From an uncultured bacterium (lineage in GTDB: Bacteria > SAR324 > NAC60-12), in the NCBI GenBank assembly GCA_965662235.1, contig CBFIGY010000015.1, positions 1 to 64,000 of the forward strand: a stretch of DNA of 64,000 nt, written 5' to 3'. Below the pieces are notes generated by a model that had not been told where the DNA came from, did not search any database, and worked only from the letters and a program-made list of their open reading frames with translations. Below, in pieces: positions 27,300 through 37,590 of this stretch. The position numbers were made by a program, and so were the translations under genes. Position 1 is the first letter of the stretch. Each line of letters opens with the position of its first letter.

Positions 27300-27534
27300 G
27301 TTCCTCCACAGGTGAATGCGAACTAAAATCAGCCTGCCATTACGCCAAATCTCAACTCGATCCGCCAGCGGTTTTTTTGGACGCTTCCTGGATTCGACAT
27401 AGCGGGAGGCGGCTTCGGCTTTATTTTTCCGCCGGAGTCTCATAAGGTTTCTGCACTTTCGCCTCCGGATTATTTGGCTGGAGCCCCCCATCTTGTAGCC
27501 AGCCACAACCCCCTTTTCTGATAGGAGAGATTCA

Positions 27535-29130
27535 ATGACTGAGGGAATTCAGATCACCGGAACCATGCATGCTGGTTTTGAAAGCATTCTGACCCCGGAG
27601 GCTCAGGCCTTTTTGGTGATGCTGCACCGCAAGTTCAACACCCGTCGCCAAGAGCTTTTGGCACGCCGTCAGCAGATTCAGCAGGCCATTCGAAACGGGC
27701 AGTACCCGACCTTTCTGGAAGAAACCCGCTCGGTTCGCGAAGACGACTGGCAAGTCGCCCCCATTCCAGAAGACCTGCAGGACCGGCGCTGTGAAATCAC
27801 CGGACCGGTGGATGCCAAGATGATGATCAATGCGCTCAATTCAGGCGCCAAGGTCTTCATGGCAGACCTGGAGGACTCAAACACCCCGAACTGGTACAAC
27901 CAGATCCAGGGGCAGCTGAACCTCATTGCGGCTCATGAGCGGACTCTGCAGTTTGACAGTCCTGAAGGCAAGGCCTACCGCCTCAAGGAAGACGGACTGG
28001 CGGTGCTTGTGGTACGTCCCCGAGGCTGGCACCTTGAGGAAAAGCACATCCTCATCGACGGCGAAGTGGCCTCCGGTTCACTGGTGGACGCCGGCCTCTA
28101 CCTCTTCCACAATGCTCAGCGGACCCTTGGCAAGGGCACAGGCCCCTACTTCTACCTGCCGAAGATGGAAAACCACCTAGAGGCTCGCCTGTGGAACGAG
28201 GTCTTTGTTGCGGCTCAGGAAGCCTTAGGTGTTCCTCAGGGATCCGTCAAAGCGACCGTGCTGATTGAAACAATTCTGGCGCCGTTTGAGATGGAAGAGA
28301 TCATCTACGAACTCCGGGAACACATGGCCGGCCTCAATGCCGGACGCTGGGACTACATGTTCAGCACCATCAAGAAGTTCAGCGAAGATCCCGAATTCCT
28401 CTGGCCTGATCGGGCTCAGGTGACCATGACGGCGCCGCTCATGCGGGCGTACACGGAACTGCTGGTGCGCTCCTGTCACAAGCACGGCGCCCACGCCATC
28501 GGTGGCATGGCGGCCTTCATTCCCAGTCGCCGGGATGAAGAGGTCAACAAGGTCGCGCTGGCGAAGGTCCGTGAAGACAAGCAGCGTGAAGCTGGAGACG
28601 GCTTCGACGGTTCCTGGGTGGCGCACCCGGACCTGGTTCCCGTCTGCACCGAAGTCTTTTCTGCTGCCTTTGAGCCCGGACGCGTCAACCAGAAGCAGCG
28701 CATGCGGGAAGACGTGCAGGTGACTCCCGAGATGCTCCTGAACTTCAAGATCCCCGGAGGCATCATCACCGAGGCCGGCGTCCGGAACAACATCAGCGTT
28801 GGCATCCAGTACATTGAGGCCTGGCTCAAGGGCAACGGGGCCGTGGCCATCTTTAACCTGATGGAAGATGCGGCAACGGCTGAAATCTCCCGGGCCCAGC
28901 TGTGGCAATGGATTCGGCATCCGGAAGGGAAGCTGGAGGATGGCCGCAAGGTGACTGTGGAGATGGTCCGCTCCATGATTCCGGAAGAGCTGGCGAAGAT
29001 TCAGGAAGCTTACGGAGAGCACTACGACGAGGCATCCTTCCAAAACGCCGCTCAGCTGCTGGATGATTTGGCCACAGCAGAGGCGTTTGAGGACTTCCTG
29101 ACCCTTCGAGCCTACGCTCAACTGGACTGA
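27535..29130 (+). CDS. aceB: Malate synthase A
   Basis: [42 protein letters not shown] and [18 protein letters not shown] motifs. Confidence 0.96.
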   Translation: MTEGIQITGTMHAGFESILTPEAQAFLVMLHRKFNTRRQELLARRQQIQQAIRNGQYPTFLEETRSVREDDWQVAPIPEDLQDRRCEITGPVDAKMMINALNSGAKVFMADLEDSNTPNWYNQIQGQLNLIAAHERTLQFDSPEGKAYRLKEDGLAVLVVRPRGWHLEEKHILIDGEVASGSLVDAGLYLFHNAQRTLGKGTGPYFYLPKMENHLEARLWNEVFVAAQEALGVPQGSVKATVLIETILAPFEMEEIIYELREHMAGLNAGRWDYMFSTIKKFSEDPEFLWPDRAQVTMTAPLMRAYTELLVRSCHKHGAHAIGGMAAFIPSRRDEEVNKVALAKVREDKQREAGDGFDGSWVAHPDLVPVCTEVFSAAFEPGRVNQKQRMREDVQVTPEMLLNFKIPGGIITEAGVRNNISVGIQYIEAWLKGNGAVAIFNLMEDAATAEISRAQLWQWIRHPEGKLEDGRKVTVEMVRSMIPEELAKIQEAYGEHYDEASFQNAAQLLDDLATAEAFEDFLTLRAYAQLD

Positions 29131-29141
29131 CGGTTCGCAAG

Positions 29142-29165
29142 GAGGGGGACTTCTGCCTCCCCCTC
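29142..29165 (+). terminator. Hairpin after aceB
   Basis: GAGGGGGA...TCCCCCTC; T-run slightly downstream. Confidence 0.45.
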
Positions 29166-29180
29166 TCTGGGGTTCTTTTT

Positions 29181-30452
29181 ATGTTTCACGAGATTAAACG
29201 AAGCGATTGGGCTCTGATTGCCCTAGTTCTTTTGTTCGGGCTGGTTTTTTCCGGCGTCGCCTTTGATATTGTCCTCCGAGTGGGGGAACAGCGAGGTGGC
29301 CGTGCGGCAGACGCCATGAGCAACGCCGGGTTTGTGTTGGGTTCCGGGGTGCTGATGACCCTGATCCTGAGCACCTACCTCGGGCTCAACGCCCGGCAGA
29401 ATCACCTCCTCCGGGCCCGGGAACGGTCACTGCACCAGGCCAAGGGGTTGCTAGAGGACATCATGCTCCACACGCCTCACGGACTGGCGGTCGCATCGGA
29501 GCAGGGACAGGTTCAGCAAGCGAACCCTGCTTTTTCCCAAATCTTCGACCAGGTGGACGCGATTGGGACGTCTCTGTTCCAGCTGCTTCGACTTTCAGAA
29601 GAGCAGGTGCAGGACCTCACTCAGGCAGACACCCCGCATCCTCTGCAGGCCTCGCTCCGGGTTCCGGCCCACGGGGAACGCAGTGAGCAGAGCCTCGAAT
29701 TTTCCCTCCAGCGCCTGAAGCTGGGGGAGGAAGAGGACAGCCTGATTGTTGCGCATGTGTTTGATGTGACTGCCCGCAGGCTCCTGGAGGCCCGAGTTCA
29801 CCAGGCGGATCGCATGGAGGAACTGGGACGGCTGGTGAACGAGATTGCTCATAAACTCAACACCCCGCTCGGGGCGATCACCAACAACGTTGAGTTGCTG
29901 GAGATGCGCATCGACCGCGGAGATACCACCGGACTGAAGAAGCAGGCCCAGCGCATCCTGACGGCTGCTGAGGAAGGCGCTGCCTACGTCCGGAAGCTCC
30001 GGGAACTGCCAACGCTGCAGGAGGAACTGGCTCCGACGGAACAGACGGTGCTCGCGGTGGCGGTGCTGGAAGACGTGCTGGAGCAGATCCACGGGTTCCT
30101 GCTCGGCAAACAGGTGCTGGTGCAGCGTAACTACAACATCAACGATGAACGCCTGATCCGCTGTCACGACGGCATTCTGCGCAAAACCCTGAGCGCTCTG
30201 CTGGTGCGGGCGGTGTTGAAGGTGGAAGCCCATCCGGAGCGACTCCTGACCCTAGAGCTTCCTCTGCATCCGGATGAGGTCACCCTGGAACTCCACTACA
30301 CCGACCCGACGTCGCCTCCTCCGGAACCAGCGTCTCCGGACTTGGAACTGCTGGCCCACCAAGAGGCCATCCGGCACCTCGGAGGCGAGCTGACGGAGCG
30401 TTCCGAGGCCCAACACACCTGTCTCTCCCTTCGACTTCCCCTCTCTGCCTGA
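29181..30452 (+). CDS. Membrane PAS-domain histidine-kinase-like protein with degenerate ATPase domain
   Basis: Two TM helices, PAS, H-box EIAHKLNTPL; N and G boxes not recognisable. Confidence 0.7.
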   Translation: MFHEIKRSDWALIALVLLFGLVFSGVAFDIVLRVGEQRGGRAADAMSNAGFVLGSGVLMTLILSTYLGLNARQNHLLRARERSLHQAKGLLEDIMLHTPHGLAVASEQGQVQQANPAFSQIFDQVDAIGTSLFQLLRLSEEQVQDLTQADTPHPLQASLRVPAHGERSEQSLEFSLQRLKLGEEEDSLIVAHVFDVTARRLLEARVHQADRMEELGRLVNEIAHKLNTPLGAITNNVELLEMRIDRGDTTGLKKQAQRILTAAEEGAAYVRKLRELPTLQEELAPTEQTVLAVAVLEDVLEQIHGFLLGKQVLVQRNYNINDERLIRCHDGILRKTLSALLVRAVLKVEAHPERLLTLELPLHPDEVTLELHYTDPTSPPPEPASPDLELLAHQEAIRHLGGELTERSEAQHTCLSLRLPLSA

Positions 30453-30564
30453 ACCCTGCCGCCTCCTGCGGTGTGAAAAACCGCGTGAGGCTTCTGCGGC
30501 TCGCCATACTTTTTGCACGTAGGTTTCCTCACCGATCAACGGATCGGCTGAATTTCGGTTTCGG

Positions 30565-30593
30565 TTTACACACCCTAGGCCGTTCGCTATAAT
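30565..30593 (+). promoter_or_regulatory. Near-consensus sigma70 promoter upstream of yccA
   Basis: TTTACA-N17-TATAAT; AAGGAG RBS before ATG 30641. Confidence 0.7.
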
Positions 30594-30640
30594 TCTCTCA
30601 TTGTTTTGCCAAGGCAACCTTTAGCTTGATAAGGAGCAAC

Positions 30641-31330
30641 ATGCGTTTTGGAAATCCCCAATCCCTGGCTTACGGAGCCGTGCCCGCTTCGTCCGTTTCC
30701 GTACAGGAGCGCCTGGTCTTCCTCAAGAAGGTCTATGGCCTCCTCGGGGCTTCGCTGCTGACGGCAACCGTCGGGGCCTACCTGGCCAGCGGACCGCTGT
30801 TTGAAGTGATGATGAGGCTGCACATGCCGCTCTTCCTGCTGGAAATCGGCCTGATCTTCTTTGCCTCCTACGCCGCGCGCAAACCCGGCCTGAACATGAT
30901 TGCGCTCTTCAGCTTTACCTTTGTTTCAGGGCTGACGCTGGGGCCGATCTTGGGGCTGTACATCATGGGCGGAAAGTCCACGGTCATTGCAGAAGCCTTT
31001 GCGCTGACCACAGTGGTGTTTTTTGGACTGAGCGCCTACGTCGTCTTTTCCCGGAAGGACTTCAGCTTCATGGGCGGGTTCTTGATGACAGGACTGATCA
31101 TCTTAGTGGTCGGCAGCCTCATCAACATGTTTGTGGGCAGCTCCATGGGGTCCTTCCTCATCTCTGGAGTGGCAGTGTTCCTGTTCAGTGGCTTCATTCT
31201 CTATGACACCTCGAACATCCTTCGGAACTACAGCACAGAAGACTACGTCAGCGCGACCTTGGCGCTGTACCTTGACATCCTCAACCTCTTCATTGCGCTG
31301 CTCAACATTCTGGGCTTGAGCCGCGACTGA
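30641..31330 (+). CDS. yccA: Bax inhibitor-1/YccA family membrane protein
   Basis: About seven TM helices; FLKKVY, FILYDTSNI and LALYLDILNLF motifs. Confidence 0.9.
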   Translation: MRFGNPQSLAYGAVPASSVSVQERLVFLKKVYGLLGASLLTATVGAYLASGPLFEVMMRLHMPLFLLEIGLIFFASYAARKPGLNMIALFSFTFVSGLTLGPILGLYIMGGKSTVIAEAFALTTVVFFGLSAYVVFSRKDFSFMGGFLMTGLIILVVGSLINMFVGSSMGSFLISGVAVFLFSGFILYDTSNILRNYSTEDYVSATLALYLDILNLFIALLNILGLSRD

Positions 31331-31339
31331 CCCCCCGCA

Positions 31340-33928
31340 ATGCGGCGCTTTGCCTGGGGATTCCTCTTCAGCCTCCTGGGGCTACCGCTGGTCGGAGTAC
31401 TGGCGCTGGCCCTAGGGCTTTCCCTGACCTACCAAGACGCCCTGCTCGACTTTGAGCAAGCGGTGGAAGCGATCTCGACCAACACCATCCTGCTGGACAC
31501 GGAGGGGAAGCCGTTCCATACCCTGCACAGCGGGGAACGTCGGCAGGTGGTGGAACGTCGTGAGACCGGACGCTGGATGCAGCTCAGTGTCTTGGCGGCA
31601 GAAGACACCCGCTTCTTTCACCACCGGGGCGTGGACCCCATCCGGATCCTCTCCGCCCTGTGGGTGAACCTGCGCCATGGAGAGGTCAAGCAGGGAGCCA
31701 GTACCATCACCCAGCAGCTGGTCAAGGTCCTCCTCCTCAGTCCGGAGCGAACGTGGACCCGTAAGGTCCGGGAGGCCCTCATTTCCATTTCGCTGGAGTG
31801 GAAGTACGACAAGACCGATATCCTCGAAGCCTACCTCAACACCATCTACCTCGGACACGGCAACTATGGAGTCGAGCAAGCGGCCCAGAGTTACTTCCGC
31901 AAGCACGCCGCTGAATTGACCATTGGCGAGGCAAGCCTGCTGGGGGGCATCATCCGCCGCCCCGAATTTTACCTCAAGGTCCCCAACAACCTCCCCGAAA
32001 AGAGCGAATTTTATCCCCAGTCGGCGCTGCTGGAAGCCCTGAACCGCCGTGAGTTGGTCCTCCGAGAAATGGCCCGTCAGCGCTGGATTACAGCAGAACA
32101 GTGGCGGGAAGTCCGGGAGGAAAAGCTCCAGGTGCACCTCCCCAAGCGTTTTAGTGGCAGCGGGGCATACTTCATTCAAGAGGTGGTCAAGCGTCTGAAG
32201 AACAACCACAACCTGGCGCAGGTGTATGGAGGTGGGTATCGGGTGTACACGACCTACAATCCGGAGCTTCAGGAGTTGGCTGAAGCCGCCACACACTCCA
32301 TTTACGAAGGCGACACGCCGCACTCTGCACAGGTGGCACTGGTGTCAATGGAGCCCAAGACCGGGTTTGTGCGGGCCCTGGTCGGAGGTCGGGATTTTGG
32401 GGAGTCTGAATTCAATCGGGCGGTCCAGGCGTTGCGGCAACCAGGATCGTCGTTTAAGCCGACGCTCTATGCCACAGCCCTAGAAAAGAGCTTTGCCCCC
32501 AACAACGTTTTTAAGGATGAGCCCCTGGTGTATGAATGGGTGGACGACCTAGGCCTGACCAGCTTCTATTCGCCCGGGAATGCCGATGGCAAGTTTGGGA
32601 AGGAGCGGACCTGGCTGGGACGAAACGGGGTGGAGTACACAACCGATCACATGACCCTAGCCAAGGCCCTGGAACGCTCCGTGAATACGGTCGCGGTGCA
32701 GGTGCTGGATCAACTCGGCATTGGTCCTCTGACTCAGCAGGCCAAAAAGGTGGGCCTGGAGGTTGATGGAAAGATGGGACTCTGCATCGCGCTCGGTTGT
32801 TCCGGAACCACGTTGCTGGACCTCACCACGTCTTACACCCCCTTTGCGAACGGCGGCATTGCGCGACGTCCGGTTTTCATTACCCGCATTGAGGATTTTA
32901 CCGGCAATATCGTTTACAAGTATGAAGCCGACCCGGGCATTCAGGCCTATTCACCATGGACCGCACACCTGATGAATGAAATGCTCCGCCGTGTGGTTCT
33001 AAAGGGCACCGGCCGCAACGCCCAGTGGGGCAACAGAGATGTTCCCATCGCTGGGAAAACCGGCACCAACACCGATGGGCGGGACGCCTGGTTCGTTGGC
33101 TACACACCTGAACTGGTCACGGGGGTCTGGATTGGCAAAGACGACAACACCGCTATGCCGTGGGAGCAGGGTGGACGAACCCCCGCTCGCATCTGGCGAC
33201 GGTACAGCAAACCGGCTCTGCAACTGGTACCGCCACAGGAATTTCCAGAACCACCGGAGCACGCCTTGATGCCCACCTGCTCTGTGAGTGGAAAGCTGGC
33301 CACCCAAAACTGTCCGGATGTGGAGTACTACTCCTACCAGCTGGACGCACTGCCAACCGAATACTGCACAGAGCATCCGGGCTTCCCCCTGAAGCACCTG
33401 GTCTCCATGGACGATACGCCCGTTGCCGAACTGCCGGATGCGCTCGTTCCGGAAGACGCCACTGTGGCTCAGCCGGAAGTGCTTCAAGACGCGGGACGCT
33501 TCCCCGCTCCGGAAACCCTTGCCCGGCCGCTCCCGGCTGTCCCGGAAGTGGCACTGGAGCCCAGCCCACCGGCGTCGGAGTGGCGTCCGGACGCGGCACC
33601 TGGAGAGGCGCGTGTGCTTCCAGAACCGACTCCTCGGTTCCGGGACGTTCCGGTGACAGAGCCTGAATTCTCTGCTCAGCCCACCTCTCAGGAGCGTACG
33701 AGTCGCTTCCGGGATGTTCCCACGCCGGAGCCAGAAGCATCGACCCTTTCAGATGCCGCTGCCGATCCGGACTGGCGGGTGCCGCAGGATCCGGATGTGC
33801 CCATTTTTGAGCTGGAACCTGCCTCCGGGTCTCGGCGAAACTCGTCAGAAGGAGGACGTTTCCTGGATCTACCTGAAGTCTTCAATACCCCCTACTCGTC
33901 CAACCGCGGAGCCCTGCCCTCTCGTTGA
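31340..33928 (+). CDS. Class A penicillin-binding protein (PBP1A family)
   Basis: Transglycosylase motifs EDTRFFHHRGVD, GASTITQQL, RKVRE and YLNTIYLG; transpeptidase motifs SSFK, SVN and KTG; Pro-rich tail. Confidence 0.93.
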   Translation: MRRFAWGFLFSLLGLPLVGVLALALGLSLTYQDALLDFEQAVEAISTNTILLDTEGKPFHTLHSGERRQVVERRETGRWMQLSVLAAEDTRFFHHRGVDPIRILSALWVNLRHGEVKQGASTITQQLVKVLLLSPERTWTRKVREALISISLEWKYDKTDILEAYLNTIYLGHGNYGVEQAAQSYFRKHAAELTIGEASLLGGIIRRPEFYLKVPNNLPEKSEFYPQSALLEALNRRELVLREMARQRWITAEQWREVREEKLQVHLPKRFSGSGAYFIQEVVKRLKNNHNLAQVYGGGYRVYTTYNPELQELAEAATHSIYEGDTPHSAQVALVSMEPKTGFVRALVGGRDFGESEFNRAVQALRQPGSSFKPTLYATALEKSFAPNNVFKDEPLVYEWVDDLGLTSFYSPGNADGKFGKERTWLGRNGVEYTTDHMTLAKALERSVNTVAVQVLDQLGIGPLTQQAKKVGLEVDGKMGLCIALGCSGTTLLDLTTSYTPFANGGIARRPVFITRIEDFTGNIVYKYEADPGIQAYSPWTAHLMNEMLRRVVLKGTGRNAQWGNRDVPIAGKTGTNTDGRDAWFVGYTPELVTGVWIGKDDNTAMPWEQGGRTPARIWRRYSKPALQLVPPQEFPEPPEHALMPTCSVSGKLATQNCPDVEYYSYQLDALPTEYCTEHPGFPLKHLVSMDDTPVAELPDALVPEDATVAQPEVLQDAGRFPAPETLARPLPAVPEVALEPSPPASEWRPDAAPGEARVLPEPTPRFRDVPVTEPEFSAQPTSQERTSRFRDVPTPEPEASTLSDAAADPDWRVPQDPDVPIFELEPASGSRRNSSEGGRFLDLPEVFNTPYSSNRGALPSR

Positions 33929-33937
33929 GAATCAAGC

Positions 33938-35779
33938 ATGCGTGTCTTCTTGTTGTTGCTGGTGAGCCTCAGTGTGCTCAGCTGTTCCGGCCCCCGGCCT
34001 GAGGGGCCAGCAGAGGTTTCTGCGGATCGAGGCATCCGCCGCACGGCTCCAGACCCGAGCGAGCGAGTCGCTTTGGTGCTGGGAAATGCCGAATACTCAG
34101 CGAGTCCTCTGAAGAACCCGGTGAATGACGCCCGCGCCATGGCGGCTTTGCTGGAAGAGGCTCAGTTTGAAGTCCAGCTTCTGGAAAATGCCACCTACGC
34201 CCAGATGGAGGATGCCCTTCATGCCTTTGGGCAGAAGCTGAGCCGCGCTCGGGTGGCGCTGTTTTACTACGCTGGACACGGGGTGCAGTCGCAGGGACGG
34301 AACTACCTGATGCCGGTCGACGCATCGGTGCAGAAACCGCATGAGCTGCGTTACCAGACTCTGGAATTAGGCCGCATCCTGGAAACCATGGAAAGTGCCG
34401 GAAGCGCCACGAATCTGGTCATTCTGGACGCCTGCCGCAACAACCCCTTCGAGTCGGCATGGCGCTCTGAGCAGCGCGGATTGGCACCGGTCCGAGCGCC
34501 CGGAGGAACCTTTGTGGCCTTTGCGACAGCTCCGGGAGAGGTTGCAGCAGACGGCTCCGGACAGCATGGGCTTTATACCGAGGCCCTCCTGCAGAACCTC
34601 CGCACGCCCGGAGTTCCGGTGGAGTTGGCGTTCAAGCGGGTTCGGCAAGACGTGTTGCAGGCCAGCAATCAGCAGCAAATCCCCTGGGATCAATCGTCCT
34701 TGACCACGGACTTTCGCTTCTTTCCGGGTGCGGCGCCTCCTGAGATCGCTGAGGTGCCTGAGCCTGTGGTTGTGTGTGACGAACCGTGCCAGCAGCAGCG
34801 GTTGACATCCATGCGGGCCGAGTTCAAGGAGCTTCGGGAGCGGGAGTTGGAGCGCCCAGAGGCGGCCGAACTGGTCCGGCGCTGGCAGGCGTTTCTGCAG
34901 ACGCATCAAGGGCGTTCCGCTTCAGTGACAGAAGAAAACACGATGCGCGCCAAGGCCCGGAAGCAGCTCGCCTTCTGGAAGCAGGAACAACAGGCCCTCC
35001 AGTCGAATGAAGACCAGAAGCGCCAGCAGTGGCGTCAAGGGGTCTGGACGGAGCCCGCGACCCGGATGGATTTTGTTGCAGTGGAAGGAGACCCCTTCTT
35101 CCGTTTGGGAGACCTGCTGGCCGACCAACCTCAGTGGGAAGAGGTGGCGGTTCCACGCTTCTGGATGTCCCGTTACGAGGTGACCTTGGCGCAGTGGGAG
35201 GCGGTGATGAAGAGCCCTGCGGAAGCTCCTCCTGCAGACTCCGTTCAGGACTGGGTCAAGCAGACCCTCCGGAAGGGCTGGGAGAGCGCTAAGCAGGTGG
35301 CGCAGCAGTACCTTCCCGAAAAACAGATCCCGGTTGTCGGCAAGACGTCTTCAGAAATTGCCGATTTTCTCTCTCGCCTCAATGCGCTGCATCCGGAAGG
35401 GCCGGAAATCCGCCTTCCCACTGCAGCAGAATGGGAGTACGCCTGCCGAGAAGGAGGACGGCGGACTCGATTTGGTACAGGAAAGATGACCATTAGTTTG
35501 TATGACGCTAATTTTCAACCCGAGGCGAAACGCCCTGCTTTTGTCCTAGGTCCCGGACGTGAGGACACGAAGCTGGCGCCCGTCGGTTCGTATGAGCCCA
35601 ATGCCCTCGGCCTTTATGACCTCAGCGGCAATGCCGCGGAGTGGGTGGACGGTTTGGATCAGCTGCGTGGGGGCAGCTTTCAGGATGGCGGAGCCGCGTT
35701 GCAGTGTGCCGCGTTGCAGCAAGGACGCCTGTGGGGGCGAGATCAGACGGCTGGCATCCGACTGGTGAGAGGGTACTGA
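33938..35779 (+). CDS. Lipoprotein with caspase-like peptidase C14 domain and C-terminal FGE-sulfatase (SUMF1) domain
   Basis: Lipobox VLSC; RVALVLGN, LKNPVNDA, FYYAGHG (His) and ILDACRNNPF (Cys); RLPTAAEWEYAC and PNALGLYDLSGNAAEW. Confidence 0.88.
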   Translation: MRVFLLLLVSLSVLSCSGPRPEGPAEVSADRGIRRTAPDPSERVALVLGNAEYSASPLKNPVNDARAMAALLEEAQFEVQLLENATYAQMEDALHAFGQKLSRARVALFYYAGHGVQSQGRNYLMPVDASVQKPHELRYQTLELGRILETMESAGSATNLVILDACRNNPFESAWRSEQRGLAPVRAPGGTFVAFATAPGEVAADGSGQHGLYTEALLQNLRTPGVPVELAFKRVRQDVLQASNQQQIPWDQSSLTTDFRFFPGAAPPEIAEVPEPVVVCDEPCQQQRLTSMRAEFKELRERELERPEAAELVRRWQAFLQTHQGRSASVTEENTMRAKARKQLAFWKQEQQALQSNEDQKRQQWRQGVWTEPATRMDFVAVEGDPFFRLGDLLADQPQWEEVAVPRFWMSRYEVTLAQWEAVMKSPAEAPPADSVQDWVKQTLRKGWESAKQVAQQYLPEKQIPVVGKTSSEIADFLSRLNALHPEGPEIRLPTAAEWEYACREGGRRTRFGTGKMTISLYDANFQPEAKRPAFVLGPGREDTKLAPVGSYEPNALGLYDLSGNAAEWVDGLDQLRGGSFQDGGAALQCAALQQGRLWGRDQTAGIRLVRGY

Positions 35780-36565
35780 ATGACAGAATCCATTGACCCT
35801 GCTCAGCAGCCGGAAGCATGGCTGGAAGCTCACTACTCTGAACTGGAGAAAGTGGTCCGGCACCTCTGCGACCGCAAACGCCTTTGGGGAGACGAGGCCG
35901 AGGAGTTTCAGAGCCTCGCGCGCCTGCACTTTGTGGAACGCGACTACGCCGTCATCCGGGAACTGGGCCAGGTGCAGTCGGTCCAGTCATTCCTCTACGC
36001 GGTGCTGTCCCGGTTGCTGGTCGATTACATCCGGCAACGTAAGGGCCGGTTCCGCCCGTCTCGCAAGGCCGAGGGCCAGGGCGAGATCGCGGTTTTGCTG
36101 GAACGGATGGTCCTGGAGCAGCGCCTGACCCTGGAAGAGGCCTTTCAGTCCCTGACCATCACCCACCAACGGGACCTCAGCCGTCAGGCGTTTCAGGAAC
36201 TTTGCAACACCTTGGACCTGCAGCGGGGGCGTCCGGAACTGCAGAGCCTGGAGGAGCCGGAGCTCCTGCCGGCTGCAGAAGCCTCTGTGGAAGAGCTGGC
36301 CTTTGTCACGCCTCGGGTGCTCCTGGAGCCTGCTCTGGCTGAGCTGGAGGCGCTGCAGGAAGGACTCAGCTCTGAGGATCGTTTGCTGCTGGAGTGGCGC
36401 TTCCGGGACCAACTCTCCATCAGTGAAATTGCGCGGGTGCTGAAGATCACTCGCTACCATGCGGAGACCTCCCTCCAGCGTCTGCTGCTGCGTTTGCGAG
36501 AACGCCTGCTGGAACAGGGACTTGACGAAGATCACTTGCGACAGCTCTTGCGTTTGCTTGGATAA
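35780..36565 (+). CDS. ECF-like sigma-70 family RNA polymerase sigma factor
   Basis: Region-2-like SFLYAVLSRLLVDYIR; region-4 HTH LSSEDRLLLEWRFRDQLSISEIARVL; long inter-domain insert. Confidence 0.82.
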   Translation: MTESIDPAQQPEAWLEAHYSELEKVVRHLCDRKRLWGDEAEEFQSLARLHFVERDYAVIRELGQVQSVQSFLYAVLSRLLVDYIRQRKGRFRPSRKAEGQGEIAVLLERMVLEQRLTLEEAFQSLTITHQRDLSRQAFQELCNTLDLQRGRPELQSLEEPELLPAAEASVEELAFVTPRVLLEPALAELEALQEGLSSEDRLLLEWRFRDQLSISEIARVLKITRYHAETSLQRLLLRLRERLLEQGLDEDHLRQLLRLLG

Positions 36566-36660
36566 TCCTATCGTTTATTTTGAAAACCTGTGGATCGTCC
36601 GTCCAGACCAAGTGAAGGTAACAACCCCAATGTTTTGGGCGGCTGATGGAGATTGGATTT

Positions 36661-37590
36661 ATGTTGAATGATTGCCCCTCAACCCAGACGATGGCCAACT
36701 TTTCGGATGGCACCCTTCCGGAAACCGAGCACCGCAAGGTGGTCGATCACCTGGCCGCATGTCGAGACTGTTCCGAGTGGATGGCGGTGCTGATGGAGAC
36801 CAAGGAGGCGCTCCCGCATCTGTTCCAGGAGGAAGCGGAGTCCCAAGTGGCTCCGGTGGTGAAACTCCCGCCGGCGAACAAGCGTCGCCCAGCGCCAAAC
36901 CGTTCCTTCCAGTGGAAGCCCCTCTTGGTTGCCGCGTCGATTTCAGTGGTCGCCGGACTGAGCCTGCTGAGCGCCTTCTCCGGAGGCCCCAAGCTGGAAG
37001 GCATGGGCGCAGCCGCTGTTGCCGAACGACTCCGGAACCTGCCGGCCCCAGTGGAGTCGGTTCCAGAAGAGACGATGATGGCGTTTTCCAGCACCACGAC
37101 TCCTGCACAGTCCGCCTTCACAACCGGATTGCTGATGACGCGTTCAACGCACTACCTCGTGAACCACGAACTCAAGGCCGCGGCAGCGACCTTTGAGCAG
37201 CTGGAGCAACTCAATCTCAATCCGACCCTCAACCGCCAACTCTACGTCTGGAAGACCTGGGCCAAGCAAACGCGCGATGCCTCGTATGCCCTTCCTCCGG
37301 AGGTGGAGCACTGGGAAGGACGCTTTGCTTCAGATGCTGAGCGCCCCTACCTGCACCTCGGAGAACTGGCGGAAGGAAGCCGCATTGCGATTCTGCACCA
37401 GGATCAGAGCTTCTTCCGGGACCTCCCAATGCGGACCCTCCGAGCAGAACTGGAGGACGCCCAGGCGCTGCCAGGTGTTTTCCGAAGCTTGGAAACATTG
37501 GAACTGCTGGCACTTTCGCCCAACCCGACCGACCACCAGTGGCAAGAGGCGGATGAAGCCGTCCGAGACCTCATCCTGCTCTTCCAATGA
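36661..37590 (+). CDS. zf-HC2 transmembrane anti-sigma factor
   Basis: N-terminal HLAACRDC (HxxxCxxC), one TM helix (LLVAASISVVAGLSLL) and a helical periplasmic domain; follows the sigma gene. Confidence 0.8.
   Translation: MLNDCPSTQTMANFSDGTLPETEHRKVVDHLAACRDCSEWMAVLMETKEALPHLFQEEAESQVAPVVKLPPANKRRPAPNRSFQWKPLLVAASISVVAGLSLLSAFSGGPKLEGMGAAAVAERLRNLPAPVESVPEETMMAFSSTTTPAQSAFTTGLLMTRSTHYLVNHELKAAAATFEQLEQLNLNPTLNRQLYVWKTWAKQTRDASYALPPEVEHWEGRFASDAERPYLHLGELAEGSRIAILHQDQSFFRDLPMRTLRAELEDAQALPGVFRSLETLELLALSPNPTDHQWQEADEAVRDLILLFQ

Noticed and set aside
27300..27506. N-terminal extension of the YtfJ-like ORF
   Set aside because: The signal peptide and RBS point to ATG 27299; the extension covers the divergent promoter region.
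36581..36604. Possible ECF promoter (GAAAAC...CGTC) between sigma and anti-sigma
   Set aside because: Spacing is short for an ECF promoter and I saw no second copy to support it.
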